Positions 51,725-60,508 of a stretch of 64,000 bases of DNA are shown here, piece by piece. The DNA is taken from NCBI GenBank assembly GCA_041891055.1, contig CP169074.1, positions 1,871,031 to 1,935,030 on the forward strand. Direction: 5' to 3'. Every line of letters begins with the position of its first letter. The stretch's first letter is position 1. This stretch comes from Halorutilales archaeon Cl-col2-1. GTDB taxonomy: Archaea > Halobacteriota > Halobacteria > Halobacteriales > Afararchaeaceae. Under the pieces are notes generated by a model. It did not search any database and was not told the origin of the DNA. It worked only from the letters and a program-made list of their open reading frames with translations. Position numbers and translations under genes: made by a program.

Positions 51725-52162
51725 ATGGCACACCAAGGTCTACTCACAGCCGAGGAGAGGAACAAGATATCGGGGAGACAGGGTGAAGAGAAGAAAGACG
51801 AGGCAGTCTCTCAGGTACACAGACGAATAAAAGAGGATCTCACGACTGACACGAAGATTCTCAGGAGGAACTCCATCAGTCTCTACTCCGACCTCGTTCT
51901 TGGAGTCTGTGACACCACCCACGTCAAGATGGCTACTAACAGGGGCGGCGAGATCGCTGACTTCGTAGCCGACGTAAAGGGAGAGAGGTACAGATGTCGA
52001 TCCTGTGGCGAGACTTCTACGGTCTACACCGTACTCGGTTATCCCGAGGAAGGCGGGAGACGTGACAGACATGGCGGACAGTGGTGTCTCTACATCGAAT
52101 GCCCGTCTTGTGGTACTGTCATAGAGGGCGACGAGATAAAACAGAGGATAGACGACGTATAG
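51725..52162 (+). CDS. hypothetical protein with C-terminal CxxC...CxxC zinc ribbon
   Basis: CRSC and CPSC motifs; N-terminal LLTAEERNKISG. Confidence 0.65.
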   Translation: MAHQGLLTAEERNKISGRQGEEKKDEAVSQVHRRIKEDLTTDTKILRRNSISLYSDLVLGVCDTTHVKMATNRGGEIADFVADVKGERYRCRSCGETSTVYTVLGYPEEGGRRDRHGGQWCLYIECPSCGTVIEGDEIKQRIDDV

Positions 52163-52203
52163 TATAACCACAGACTTAGGCTCGTTGATGACGTATCCGC
52201 GTT

Positions 52204-53031
52204 ATGGCAGTATCAACAGTAGTCGGATGCGGATACGTCGGGAAGGTTCTCGCCCGGCGTCTCGTAGACCGTGGACACGAAGTCTACGCTATAACTAGGT
52301 CGGGTGTCGAGATAGACGGAGTCGAGAGCGTCGAGACCGACGTGACAAGACCTGATCTTAGGTTACCTGACCCTGTCTCCGACTCCGACTACGTCTTCTA
52401 CCTAGTGAGCGCAGGATCGCGTGACACCGACGATTACAGGGAGGCGTACGTTGAGGGTCAGAGAAACGTCATCGATGTTATCGACGGCGACAGTACTCTC
52501 ATCTACTCGTCGAGTACGGGAGTATACGAGACTGTGGACGGAAGTCGAGTCGACGAGACGACCGAGATAGAAGGTAAGACTCGGAAGACACGTGTCCTTC
52601 TTGAGGCTGAGGAGGTCACGCACCAGAACGGCGGTACTGTCGTCCGTTTCGCGGGTCTCTACGGTCCTGGGAGGTACGGTCTCAACAGATACCTTTCGGA
52701 CGAGGGAACAGACGCGACTGAGACCGAGACGACTGTACCGACTGGCTACCTCAACCTCCTCCACAGGCAAGACGCCGCGAGAGCGCTCGAACACGTCGCT
52801 ATCAGAGACGAAGCCGACGACAATCTCTACCTCGCTTGTGACAATGAGCCGGTCGAGAGACACGAACTAGCGAGATGGCTCGCCGAGAAGACGGGTAGGG
52901 AGACGGGGAGACTAGTCGACGAGACGAAGGGATCGAACAAGAGATGTTCGAACGATCGGCTGCGTTCGACGGGATGGGAGCCCAACTACTCGACATTCAG
53001 GGACGGCTACTCGGACTCCGAAGCCTTCTGA
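52204..53031 (+). CDS. NAD-dependent epimerase/dehydratase (extended SDR)
   Basis: VVGCGYVG, YSSSTGVY, RFAGLYGPGR, NKRCSNDRL. Confidence 0.88.
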   Translation: MAVSTVVGCGYVGKVLARRLVDRGHEVYAITRSGVEIDGVESVETDVTRPDLRLPDPVSDSDYVFYLVSAGSRDTDDYREAYVEGQRNVIDVIDGDSTLIYSSSTGVYETVDGSRVDETTEIEGKTRKTRVLLEAEEVTHQNGGTVVRFAGLYGPGRYGLNRYLSDEGTDATETETTVPTGYLNLLHRQDAARALEHVAIRDEADDNLYLACDNEPVERHELARWLAEKTGRETGRLVDETKGSNKRCSNDRLRSTGWEPNYSTFRDGYSDSEAF

Positions 53032-53036
53032 CCCGG

Positions 53037-53909
53037 TCAGATCCACTCGCGCGCTTTCATACGTGCGGTGAGGGCGACCGCCTTTCTGAGTCCGCGGCGT
53101 ATTAGACCCGACGAGTTGGGGACTCCCTCGCCGTCTTCGTATTCGAGACCCCTGATTACGACGACCGGGGTGCGTTCATCCGACTGACCAAAGAGGAGCG
53201 CCGACCCCGCGGTTATCTCGTCGGCGATCAGATCGACTCCTCCTATCTTCGGCTCTCCGTAGAGATCCTCACGTCCGAATTTGCTGTCGACAGCCTCAAT
53301 TCCGGAACATCCCGTGGCTAAGTCGATGGTTCCGGGACCTACTATCTCAGAGTCCGCGAGAACTACAGCGATATCTTTTCCTGTCTCCTCTTCGATACCC
53401 TTACGTATCCTCCGAGCGCTCTCATCGGGATCTTCAGGGAGGAGCGTCATCCTCCCTTCAGGCGAGTTCGACCAGTCTACCCCGGCGTTCGTACATAGAC
53501 GTCCTCCGCGGTCAGTCACGAGAGCCGACGGCATCTCTTCTAAAGCACTCTCGGCTTTCTCGGGGTCTGAGGCGTGTTCCATTATGAGATCCTCGCCTAT
53601 CTCGGCGACGGGGATAGCACCTATCACGTCGCTCTCGTCGTATATAAGAGAGACCTCCCGCGGATCTAGACCCGTTACTTCGGCGACCCTCTCGTCACGC
53701 TCCGTAACTTCTACCTCGTCGGCGTCTACGAGACGTCCCTCCGCCGTAGAGACGACCTTCGTGGTGATAGCGAGGACATCGCCGTCCTCAAGCGGATACT
53801 CGTCATCCGTCGCCTCGGATATACGTTCGACGAGGTCGTCTCCCTCCTCAATTACTCCTATATCGAGTCCTTGGAAGCTGAGTCTTTCCGTCTTCTGTTT
53901 AGGTGACAC
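53037..53909 (-). CDS. cofE: coenzyme F420:L-glutamate ligase-like protein
   Basis: GDDL, KVVSTAEG, NAGVDWSN, LLPEDPDESARRIR, ADEI, PVVVIRG. Confidence 0.75.
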   Translation of the reverse strand: MSPKQKTERLSFQGLDIGVIEEGDDLVERISEATDDEYPLEDGDVLAITTKVVSTAEGRLVDADEVEVTERDERVAEVTGLDPREVSLIYDESDVIGAIPVAEIGEDLIMEHASDPEKAESALEEMPSALVTDRGGRLCTNAGVDWSNSPEGRMTLLPEDPDESARRIRKGIEEETGKDIAVVLADSEIVGPGTIDLATGCSGIEAVDSKFGREDLYGEPKIGGVDLIADEITAGSALLFGQSDERTPVVVIRGLEYEDGEGVPNSSGLIRRGLRKAVALTARMKAREWI

Positions 53910-53966
53910 ATACTATGGTACTCGGTGCCAGACTTTATACTTATCCGAGTCATATATGCGACACAG

Positions 53967-54095
53967 ATGACAGAGTACGAGTGCAAACTGTGCAGTGTCA
54001 CATTCGACACGAGAAAGGAGCTACAGGATCATATGAGAGAGGCGCACGGACTCGAAGACGACGAGATAGAGGAAGAGATCGAAGTACACGACTGA
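53967..54095 (+). CDS. 42-aa C2H2 zinc-finger microprotein (below the ORF-track cutoff)
   Basis: MTEYECKLCSVTFDTRKELQDHMREAHGLEDDEIEEEIEVHD*; TTTATA upstream at about 53933. Confidence 0.8.
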   Translation: MTEYECKLCSVTFDTRKELQDHMREAHGLEDDEIEEEIEVHD

Positions 54096-54113
54096 GTACG
54101 CTACACTACGCTA

Positions 54114-55388
54114 CTAAGGGAAGAGACCTCTGACCTCGTGTGCCTCCACGACACGTCTAAGACCCACGACGTATGCCGCTGTACGTAGGTCATCGACGTC
54201 CTCCGACTCGTAGACTTCGACGATGTCGTCGAAACTCCTGAGTAGCTTCTTTTCGAGCTCTCTGTTGACTTTCTCCTCGTCCCACGAGTACTGCTGGAAG
54301 TTCTGTACCCACTCGAAGTACGACACGATCACTCCCCCGGCGTTCGTGATTACGTCGGGAACGACGTCGATGTCGCGCTCCCTCAGGACGGCGCCGGCTT
54401 CGAGAGTCGTGGGACCGTTTGCGGCTTCGACTACGGTGTCGGCACGCACCTCGTCGGCTATATCCGATGTTATCGCGTTTTCGAGGGCTGCGGGGACTAT
54501 GGCGTCGACGTCGAGTGTGAGGAGGTCTCTGTTATCTATACTGTCTACGCCGTTTTTCTCACACAGGTAGTCGACGAGTTCGGCGTCATCGGCTCTCTTG
54601 AAGTCGGCTACGTCCTCCGTGTCGAGACCGTCGGGATCGTAGATTCCCCCGCTTGAGTCACTCACCGCCACGATCTCGGCTCCCATTCCGTCGAGTATCT
54701 CGGCGGCTACACTCCCGACGTTTCCGAATCCCTGTATCGCAATCTCAGCACCTTCGACCTCTTTCCCGAGGTACTCGAAGGCGTGTTCGAGTATTATCGA
54801 GACCCCCCTTCCCGTCGCCTTCTTCCGCCCGACTGTTCCACCGACTGAGACGGGCTTACCCGTTACGACCTCCGAGACTGTGTAGCCCTCGTACGCCGAG
54901 TAGGTGTCCATTATCCAAGCCATAGTCTGTTCGTCGGTGTTGACGTCGGGCGCGGGTACGTCCTTCTCGGGACCTATTATGTTCCTTATCGACTCGGTGT
55001 AACGCCTCGTGAGTCTCTCGATCTCGTCGTCGGACATTTCCTTCGGGTTACAGACTACACCACCCTTCGCGCCTCCGTACGGCAGATCGACGACTGCGGT
55101 CTTCCACGTCATCCAGCCTGCGAGGGCTATGACCTCCTCGTCGCTCACCCTCGGATGGTAACGCACACCTCCCTTGTAGGGTCCTCTCGCTCCGTTGTAC
55201 TGGCATCGGTAACCCGTGAAGTTCTCGACCCTCCCGTTGTCCATCTTAACGGGGAGTGTGACAGAGTGAAGACGCTCGGGGTGTTCAAGACGTCTGTATA
55301 TGTTCTCGTCGACGTCTATGCTGTCGTACGCCCTGTCGAGCTGTTTCCGCATCGTGACGTACGGGTTGGTGGTGTCTTGGTTTGGCAT
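54114..55388 (-). CDS. gdhA: glutamate dehydrogenase
   Basis: GPYKGGVRY, MTWK, GGAKGG, DVPAPD, ATGRG, QGFGNVG, EAANGP, NAGGVIVSYFEW. Confidence 0.96.
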   Translation of the reverse strand: MPNQDTTNPYVTMRKQLDRAYDSIDVDENIYRRLEHPERLHSVTLPVKMDNGRVENFTGYRCQYNGARGPYKGGVRYHPRVSDEEVIALAGWMTWKTAVVDLPYGGAKGGVVCNPKEMSDDEIERLTRRYTESIRNIIGPEKDVPAPDVNTDEQTMAWIMDTYSAYEGYTVSEVVTGKPVSVGGTVGRKKATGRGVSIILEHAFEYLGKEVEGAEIAIQGFGNVGSVAAEILDGMGAEIVAVSDSSGGIYDPDGLDTEDVADFKRADDAELVDYLCEKNGVDSIDNRDLLTLDVDAIVPAALENAITSDIADEVRADTVVEAANGPTTLEAGAVLRERDIDVVPDVITNAGGVIVSYFEWVQNFQQYSWDEEKVNRELEKKLLRSFDDIVEVYESEDVDDLRTAAYVVGLRRVVEAHEVRGLFP

Positions 55389-55444
55389 CGAACACCACAG
55401 ACCACACCACGCGGAGATATTAAGCTTTGGGCGATCCCTATTCC

Positions 55445-55888
55445 CTATGACAGTCTCTCTATTATGTCGAGGGTCGATTCGAGGTTGTCGAGAATACGTC
55501 CCAGACGGTCGAGATCCTCCTCGTCCTCCGCCTCGTCTGCGAGACGCCTTGCTACCTTTGAGAGTGAGACGACTACCTCGCGGTTCTGGTTCCCTGTCTG
55601 TCCTTGTTCCCGTCTCTGATTCTGGTTCTGACTCGGGCTCTGTCCCCTCGACGTCGTATCTCCCTGGCTTGTACTGTTCTCTCCTTCCATCTCTCCGGCG
55701 TCTCTCGTGGATCTATCTCCCGTCGGAGTCTCTCCGAGTATACGTCTCGCCTCGTCGGGATCACACGCCGCACAGAAGACGTCGCCGTCGTGTCTGAAAA
55801 GGGGATTCCCGCAGTCTGGACACTCGTCGCCGAGCATCGTCACGCCACGCAGGAGAAGGTCGCTCATCAGGTCGGAGTCGTCTGCCAT
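55445..55888 (-). CDS. Sjogren/scleroderma autoantigen 1 (Auto_anti-p27) family Zn-ribbon protein
   Basis: MSDLLLRGVTMLGDECPDCGNPLFRHDGDVFCAAC. Confidence 0.85.
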   Translation of the reverse strand: MADDSDLMSDLLLRGVTMLGDECPDCGNPLFRHDGDVFCAACDPDEARRILGETPTGDRSTRDAGEMEGENSTSQGDTTSRGQSPSQNQNQRREQGQTGNQNREVVVSLSKVARRLADEAEDEEDLDRLGRILDNLESTLDIIERLS

Positions 55889-55942
55889 GTCCCGACTATT
55901 CGTCGGACGACAAAAAGAGATGTGGTCGTCGACCTCCTATTA

Positions 55943-56101
55943 TCAGAAGCTCTTATCTCCGATACGTTCCCTTCTCTGTTCCATGTAGCAGTCCATACAC
56001 ATCTCGCGCGTCTCGGAGTAGTGCTCGAAACAGACGGGACGGCTACACTCGTCACAGACGTGGTCAGCCTCTATACGTCCGCATTTGTGACAGTCTGCCA
56101 T
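55943..56101 (-). CDS. 52-aa multi-Cys zinc-finger microprotein (below the ORF-track cutoff)
   Basis: MADCHKCGRIEADHVCDECSRPVCFEHYSETREMCMDCYMEQRRERIGDKSF*. Confidence 0.78.
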   Translation of the reverse strand: MADCHKCGRIEADHVCDECSRPVCFEHYSETREMCMDCYMEQRRERIGDKSF

Positions 56102-56141
56102 GCTTGGACGTGTCTACGCAGCCCGGACTTTTGAAGCTTTC

Positions 56142-56498
56142 TCAGACGAGATCAGCTTCGGGGTCGCCTTTAGTTTTGTAGAGTTCGTCCCAGGCGGTTA
56201 TGCCGCCTTGAAGGTTGTAGATCTCGTCGAAGTCGTCGAGGTTGGAGAGGAAGTCGCAGGCGTCCTGGCTTCTCGATCCGCTGTGGCAGTAGACGAGGAG
56301 TTTGTCGCCTTCTATCTCGTCGACTCTGTCGGGGAGTATTTCGACTGGTATCAGATGGTCGACGCCGGGTACTCTCTTCCACTCGTACTCGTCGGGGTTT
56401 CTGACGTCGAGTACGAAGATGTCGTCGTCCTCAACCATCTCCTTTGCGTCCTCGGGCGTTACGTCGTTGAAGTTCTGATCCTGTGTTATCTCTTTCAT
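56142..56498 (-). CDS. rhodanese-like sulfurtransferase
   Basis: LDVRNPDEY, YCHSGSRS, NLQGGITAW. Confidence 0.9.
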   Translation of the reverse strand: MKEITQDQNFNDVTPEDAKEMVEDDDIFVLDVRNPDEYEWKRVPGVDHLIPVEILPDRVDEIEGDKLLVYCHSGSRSQDACDFLSNLDDFDEIYNLQGGITAWDELYKTKGDPEADLV

Positions 56499-56555
56499 AT
56501 TACAACTGTAGTACCACAGCTATATAAGTCTTACCACCACTGGGAAATGGTGGTA

Positions 56556-56723
56556 CTACTCTCCACCTCCCAAAGCCTCAGTCCCGCGTTTCCTGATCGA
56601 TCGCTTGACTCCCGTCCACTCCGTCACGCGTGAGACCCTCTTGGTGAGGCACTCTCCGACTGTCGATAGCTCTGTTCCGCCGAGACCTGTCGAGTAGTTC
56701 TCGTGGTATCTCTGGTTTATCAT
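56556..56723 (-). CDS. possible 55-aa small protein
   Basis: MINQRYHENYSTGLGGTELSTVGECLTKRVSRVTEWTGVKRSIRKRGTEALGGGE*; GGAGG upstream, host-like codons, followed by a TACCACCA...TGGTGGTA hairpin. Confidence 0.4.
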   Translation of the reverse strand: MINQRYHENYSTGLGGTELSTVGECLTKRVSRVTEWTGVKRSIRKRGTEALGGGE

Positions 56724-56966
56724 TTCTGTCTTCCTCCATCCATATCCACATCGTGTGACTGTATTAAATCTCGGATTATCTCCTAAATATTTTCTCTATA
56801 TGCCTCTAAATAGACTATATATTTGAGGAAGAAGTCCTAAAGATGTATAATAACGGAAATATCCCTCATGCTGCTACAAATTAGTGGAGGAGTCAGGTTG
56901 GCACAGTCTCTTACGGTAAAAAAGAAAAGAGGGTTCTCACGAACTCGGGAGAAGACGGTGACTACG

Positions 56967-57266
56967 TTATACTCTAACCATCTGAGCGTGGGCGACGCCG
57001 TCGATGTAGATCACGTTCTCGTCGTCTATGACGCCTGCCTCTATTCCCGCTTCGACACTCTCCTCCCCGACTAGGTTGGCTATCGACGCCTCTCTCAGAT
57101 CAACGACGGTCTCGTCCTTCTCTCGCTCCTCGCCGCCGTAGAAGTCCTCGTTGACTTCTATACGCACCTCTGTTTCCGAGTCCTCGACTGTCTGACCCAG
57201 GAGACTCACATCACACGCCGCGACCATCGTCCCCTGGTCGGTCTCGTACTTACACAGACTTATCAT
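56967..57266 (-). CDS. DUF424 family protein
   Basis: VAACD, FYGGE, ANLVG, AIEAG-like motif, IDGVAHAQ. Confidence 0.85.
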   Translation of the reverse strand: MISLCKYETDQGTMVAACDVSLLGQTVEDSETEVRIEVNEDFYGGEEREKDETVVDLREASIANLVGEESVEAGIEAGVIDDENVIYIDGVAHAQMVRV

Positions 57267-57952
57267 CCCCTCATCGCCTCTGTCATCTTCTCGTCCTTCG
57301 CTTCCTCGGCAACCTCACGCGCCTCTTCCGCCTCTTCGTACCTCTCTAGACCTTCGAGTGCGCGTGCCTTCTCCTCGTATACGTAGGGTGCTCTCAGACC
57401 TAGCTTCACGGCATTGTTGATCGAGTTGAGTGCGTCCTGGTGTCTTCCCTCCTCGTTGAGGAAGAACGCCCTATTGTACCACGCCTCGGGCTGTCTCTCG
57501 TCTATCTCAAGTGCCTTCTCTATGTGTTCGAGGTGTTCGCCTCCGACACCCATCTCGTACTCGGCGTAGGCGAGGTTGGTGAGAGCCTTCGCTGCCTCCT
57601 CGGTACTGTCGTCTATACGTACAGCTTCGGTGTACGCGGCTGTCGCCTCGTCGAACTCCTCCATCTCGGCGTGTGCGAAGCCCTTGTTGACCCAAGCGTC
57701 CTGGTTCTCGTCGTCGAAACGCAGAGCGCGTTCGAAGGTCTCGACCGCCTGTTCGTAACGGTTGATCTCTATGTAACTCAGACCCACGTCGACTAGACCC
57801 TCCACGTCGACGTCCTCGGGCTCTGTGGTCTCGACTAGCTCGTCGAGGACGTGCGAGTCGGCGGGTGTTATGCCGTCGATCTCTATGTTGAGATCGTCTC
57901 CTTCAAGGTCAAACTTATCGTCGTAGATATCGTCGTCAAAACCGTCTTCCAT
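57263..57952 (-). CDS. tetratricopeptide repeat protein
   Basis: AWVNKG, ALTNLAYA, AWYNRA TPR motifs; conserved pairing with DUF424. Confidence 0.85.
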   Translation of the reverse strand: MEDGFDDDIYDDKFDLEGDDLNIEIDGITPADSHVLDELVETTEPEDVDVEGLVDVGLSYIEINRYEQAVETFERALRFDDENQDAWVNKGFAHAEMEEFDEATAAYTEAVRIDDSTEEAAKALTNLAYAEYEMGVGGEHLEHIEKALEIDERQPEAWYNRAFFLNEEGRHQDALNSINNAVKLGLRAPYVYEEKARALEGLERYEEAEEAREVAEEAKDEKMTEAMRG

Positions 57953-58055
57953 ATCCTCTTTTAGTCGTGAAGAGAGATAAATCCGACGTTCACCCTTCCT
58001 TCACTATCAATATCCGAAAACCCTTAATTCACAGTCCACACCTTCCTATACAGAC

Positions 58056-59102
58056 ATGACAGACTCAGACACCATGGAAGCCGTACTCTTCCACGAACAC
58101 GGAGACCTAGACGTCTTGTCGCACGAGGAAGTTCCCGTCCCTGAGATAGACGAAGACGAGGTGAGGATAGAGGTGCGTGCAACCGCACTCAATCACCTCG
58201 ACCTACATATAAGACGAGGAATACCGACCGTCGACCTCGACCTCCCCCATATCCCTGGAAGTGACATAGCCGGAGTCGTCGACGAGGTCGGAGACGGCGT
58301 GACTGACTGGGAGGAGGGTGACAGAGTAGTCCTCAACCCGTCGCTGTCGTGTGGAGAGTGTGAGTTCTGCATACAGGGCGAACAGAGTATGTGTGAGGAG
58401 TTCGAGATTATCGGCGAACACGTCGACGGGGGCTACGCCGAGTACGCCAAGGCACCCGCGATGAATCTTATCGAGATCCCCGACGAGTACTCGTTCGTAG
58501 ACGCCGCCGCCGCGGGTCTCGTCTACATGACTGCGTGGAGAATGGTGAGCACACGCGCCGAACTCCAGTCGGGTGAAGAGGTTCTTGTCACAGGCGCGAG
58601 TGGAGGTGTCGGAAGTGCCGCGGTACAGATCGCAGACATGATCGACGCGAAGGTCTATGCCACGGCGGGAAGCGAAGAGAAAGCGGAGTTCGTCGAGGAG
58701 ATGGGAGCCGACGTCAGCATAAACTACAAGGAGGAGGATGTCGGCGATCGCATACGTGAGGAAACAGACAACGGCGTAGACGTAGTTCTCGACTCTGTCG
58801 GCGGAGAGATGTGGATGGATCTCCTCAAAGGGATGAAGAACGGCGCGACCCTCGTGACGTGTGGAGCGACTGCGGGCTGGAACCCCGACGCCGGTCTCAA
58901 CTACATCTTCTTCAACCAGCTTGAGGTCAAGGGATCGACTATGTCGACTCTCAAGGAGGCGCGCGAGATAATGGATCTCGTCTTCAACAGTCCCGACCTA
59001 GAGCCCGTCGTCGATCAGGTCATGCCCCTCGAAGACGCTGAGGAGGCACAGAAGACACTCGAAGAAGGCGACCATCTCGGCAAGATAGTTCTTCAGCCGT
59101 AA
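58056..59102 (+). CDS. zinc-binding alcohol dehydrogenase / quinone oxidoreductase (MDR family)
   Basis: LNHLD, PGSD, CGECEFC...C, GASGGVG, GKIVL. Confidence 0.9.
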   Translation: MTDSDTMEAVLFHEHGDLDVLSHEEVPVPEIDEDEVRIEVRATALNHLDLHIRRGIPTVDLDLPHIPGSDIAGVVDEVGDGVTDWEEGDRVVLNPSLSCGECEFCIQGEQSMCEEFEIIGEHVDGGYAEYAKAPAMNLIEIPDEYSFVDAAAAGLVYMTAWRMVSTRAELQSGEEVLVTGASGGVGSAAVQIADMIDAKVYATAGSEEKAEFVEEMGADVSINYKEEDVGDRIREETDNGVDVVLDSVGGEMWMDLLKGMKNGATLVTCGATAGWNPDAGLNYIFFNQLEVKGSTMSTLKEAREIMDLVFNSPDLEPVVDQVMPLEDAEEAQKTLEEGDHLGKIVLQP

Positions 59103-59103
59103 A

Positions 59104-59270
59104 GTGAACTACCCCTGCACTCGCCACCTTCAGCAGTGGTTCGAGAGAGCGAAGCTCTCTTGCCATCACGAAAGACCTTCGGTCTTTTGAACGTCCCGAG
59201 ATCTGCGATCTCGTGGGCTCGTGAATCTAAGATTCACGAACGACTCCTTGAGGAAGGGGACTTAGCGCCT
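59104..59270. mobile_element. IS200/IS605-type end remnant carrying two nested double-hairpin elements (E3, E4)
   Basis: GTGAACTACCCC...CTCCTTGAGGAAGGGG frame, related to 62464, interrupted by four perfect 17-21 nt hairpins at 59144, 59171, 59197 and 59219. Confidence 0.7.
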
Positions 59271-59295
59271 GTTCTCAGTTAAATCTACCTTTGTA

Positions 59296-59325
59296 AGCTA
59301 CCACGCCCTAAAGGGCGTGGCATTC
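59296..59325 (-). mobile_element. IS200/IS605 right-end subterminal hairpin
   Basis: CCACGCCC-TAAA-GGGCGTGG (59301-59320) immediately 3' of tnpB. Confidence 0.65.
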
Positions 59326-59329
59326 ACGG

Positions 59330-59384
59330 AATCTCGTGAATCGTAGATTCACGATGTACGCGAACCGATGGTTCGCTTGAAATC
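59330..59384 (+). mobile_element. 51-nt double-hairpin mini-element (copy E5)
   Basis: TCGTGAATC-GTA-GATTCACGA, linker TGTAC, GCGAACC-GAT-GGTTCGC; AATC duplicated at 59330 and 59381. Confidence 0.7.
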
Positions 59385-59833
59385 GGAGCCGTTCCTGTTC
59401 TCCGGATGGGTGAACCCGCACTTAGAGCAACGCTGTGACATATGCTCCGGGTTCTCTTGGGTAACTCGTATCCCACGCTCCTCGGCTTTGTACTCTACGT
59501 ACTGATAGAAACGGCGATACGCCCAGTCATGCCAACGGTTTAGGTCGTCGCGTATCCGTTCTAAGTCTTCATAGCTATAACGCTACAGCCATTCTCGACA
59601 GCTTCCTCAACTATCTCCTTAGCTACTCTATGTAGATAGTTCTTGAAACGTCCAGTTTCTTTCTTACCGACTCGTTGGATGTTTTCGTGGGCATAACGAG
59701 AACCATGCTCCTGCAACGACTTGCGGCGTTTCTTGTACTCTCTCCGCCAATGGTTTAGGTACTCTATGCTCCAGTATGCTCCGGTTGAGGTGACGGCGAG
59801 ACTGCCTCGTGTGTTCAAATCTACACCGAGAAC

Positions 59834-59886
59834 CGTTCAGAAATCTTTGATTTCTGAGCCATCGAAGCTCCCGCTTCGAGACGTTC
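59834..59886 (-). mobile_element. 48-nt double-hairpin mini-element (copy E6) that introduces a stop in tnpB
   Basis: TCAGAAATC-TTT-GATTTCTGA and TCGAAGC-TCCC-GCTTCGA; CGTTC duplicated at 59834 and 59882. Confidence 0.78.
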
Positions 59887-59946
59887 CGTTCTCGGTTTCT
59901 TCCGACTCTATCTCCTTCTTGACGCCTATATGGAGGTAGTATTCGC

Positions 59947-60001
59947 CGTCTCCAGAACTATTGGTTCTGGATGGCTCGTCAGACGAAGTCTGACGAACGT
60001 C
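59947..60001 (+). mobile_element. 51-nt double-hairpin mini-element (copy E7) inserted in frame in tnpB
   Basis: TCCAGAAC-TATTG-GTTCTGGA, linker TGGC, TCGTCAGAC-GAA-GTCTGACGA; CGTC duplicated at 59947 and 59998. Confidence 0.78.
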
Positions 60002-60508
60002 GCGGTAATGGAGCGTAGCACCTGTTTTCTCCCAGTCGTCCTGTAGATACTCTGTCTGAGGGTTGTCGTCACCGTCAGGTAAGACGTACTCGGCTTCTAT
60101 CCTTCCGTTTACCGTGGCGAGAGTACACGAGCCGTCCTTGTAGGTTATCGTCCGTGCGTCGTAACGAACCACATTAGACGTGAACTGTGGCTTACTCGTC
60201 CTCTCTCCGTTCTTCAACCGTTCCACCGTGACCGTACAAGATGACCTGGTGTCATCGAAAACGCGGAGATCACTGACTCAGAGGTAGTTGACCACCTCTC
60301 AGATATTGATACGGATAGACGGGGGAGGCTTTGGATCGCGCACTTCGGGTGGGGGTCGTAACGTTAGGACTTGCAGGCTCTGGTGAATCACTAGGAGACG
60401 TCGGTACTAGAGGCGAATTACTATCTTCTTGCTTTGAGAAAACTCAGTACAAAAGATCTCACAACCCAAAGCGGTGTTTTTAACCTCGGCTCTCTCTAAC
60501 GTACCGAT

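Larger units (their letters stand above)
59385..60226 (-). pseudogene. tnpB: tnpB (IS605/IS1341-type RNA-guided nuclease) pseudogene
   Basis: RYDART, YYLHI, RuvC-I VLGVDLN, frameshift at IA(F)EDL, AYRRFYQYVEYKAEERG, SQRCSKCG. N-terminus and RuvC-III missing; internal stop. Confidence 0.88.

Noticed and set aside
59104-59384. Regularly spaced palindromes as a possible CRISPR array
   Set aside because: The hairpins differ in sequence, there is no constant repeat with unique spacers, and no cas genes are present. Nested insertions explain the pattern better.
60227-60490. Possible additional IS terminal repeat or gene fragment upstream of the permease
   Set aside because: It looks like decayed DNA, but no partner inverted repeat or recognisable frame could be supported by eye.
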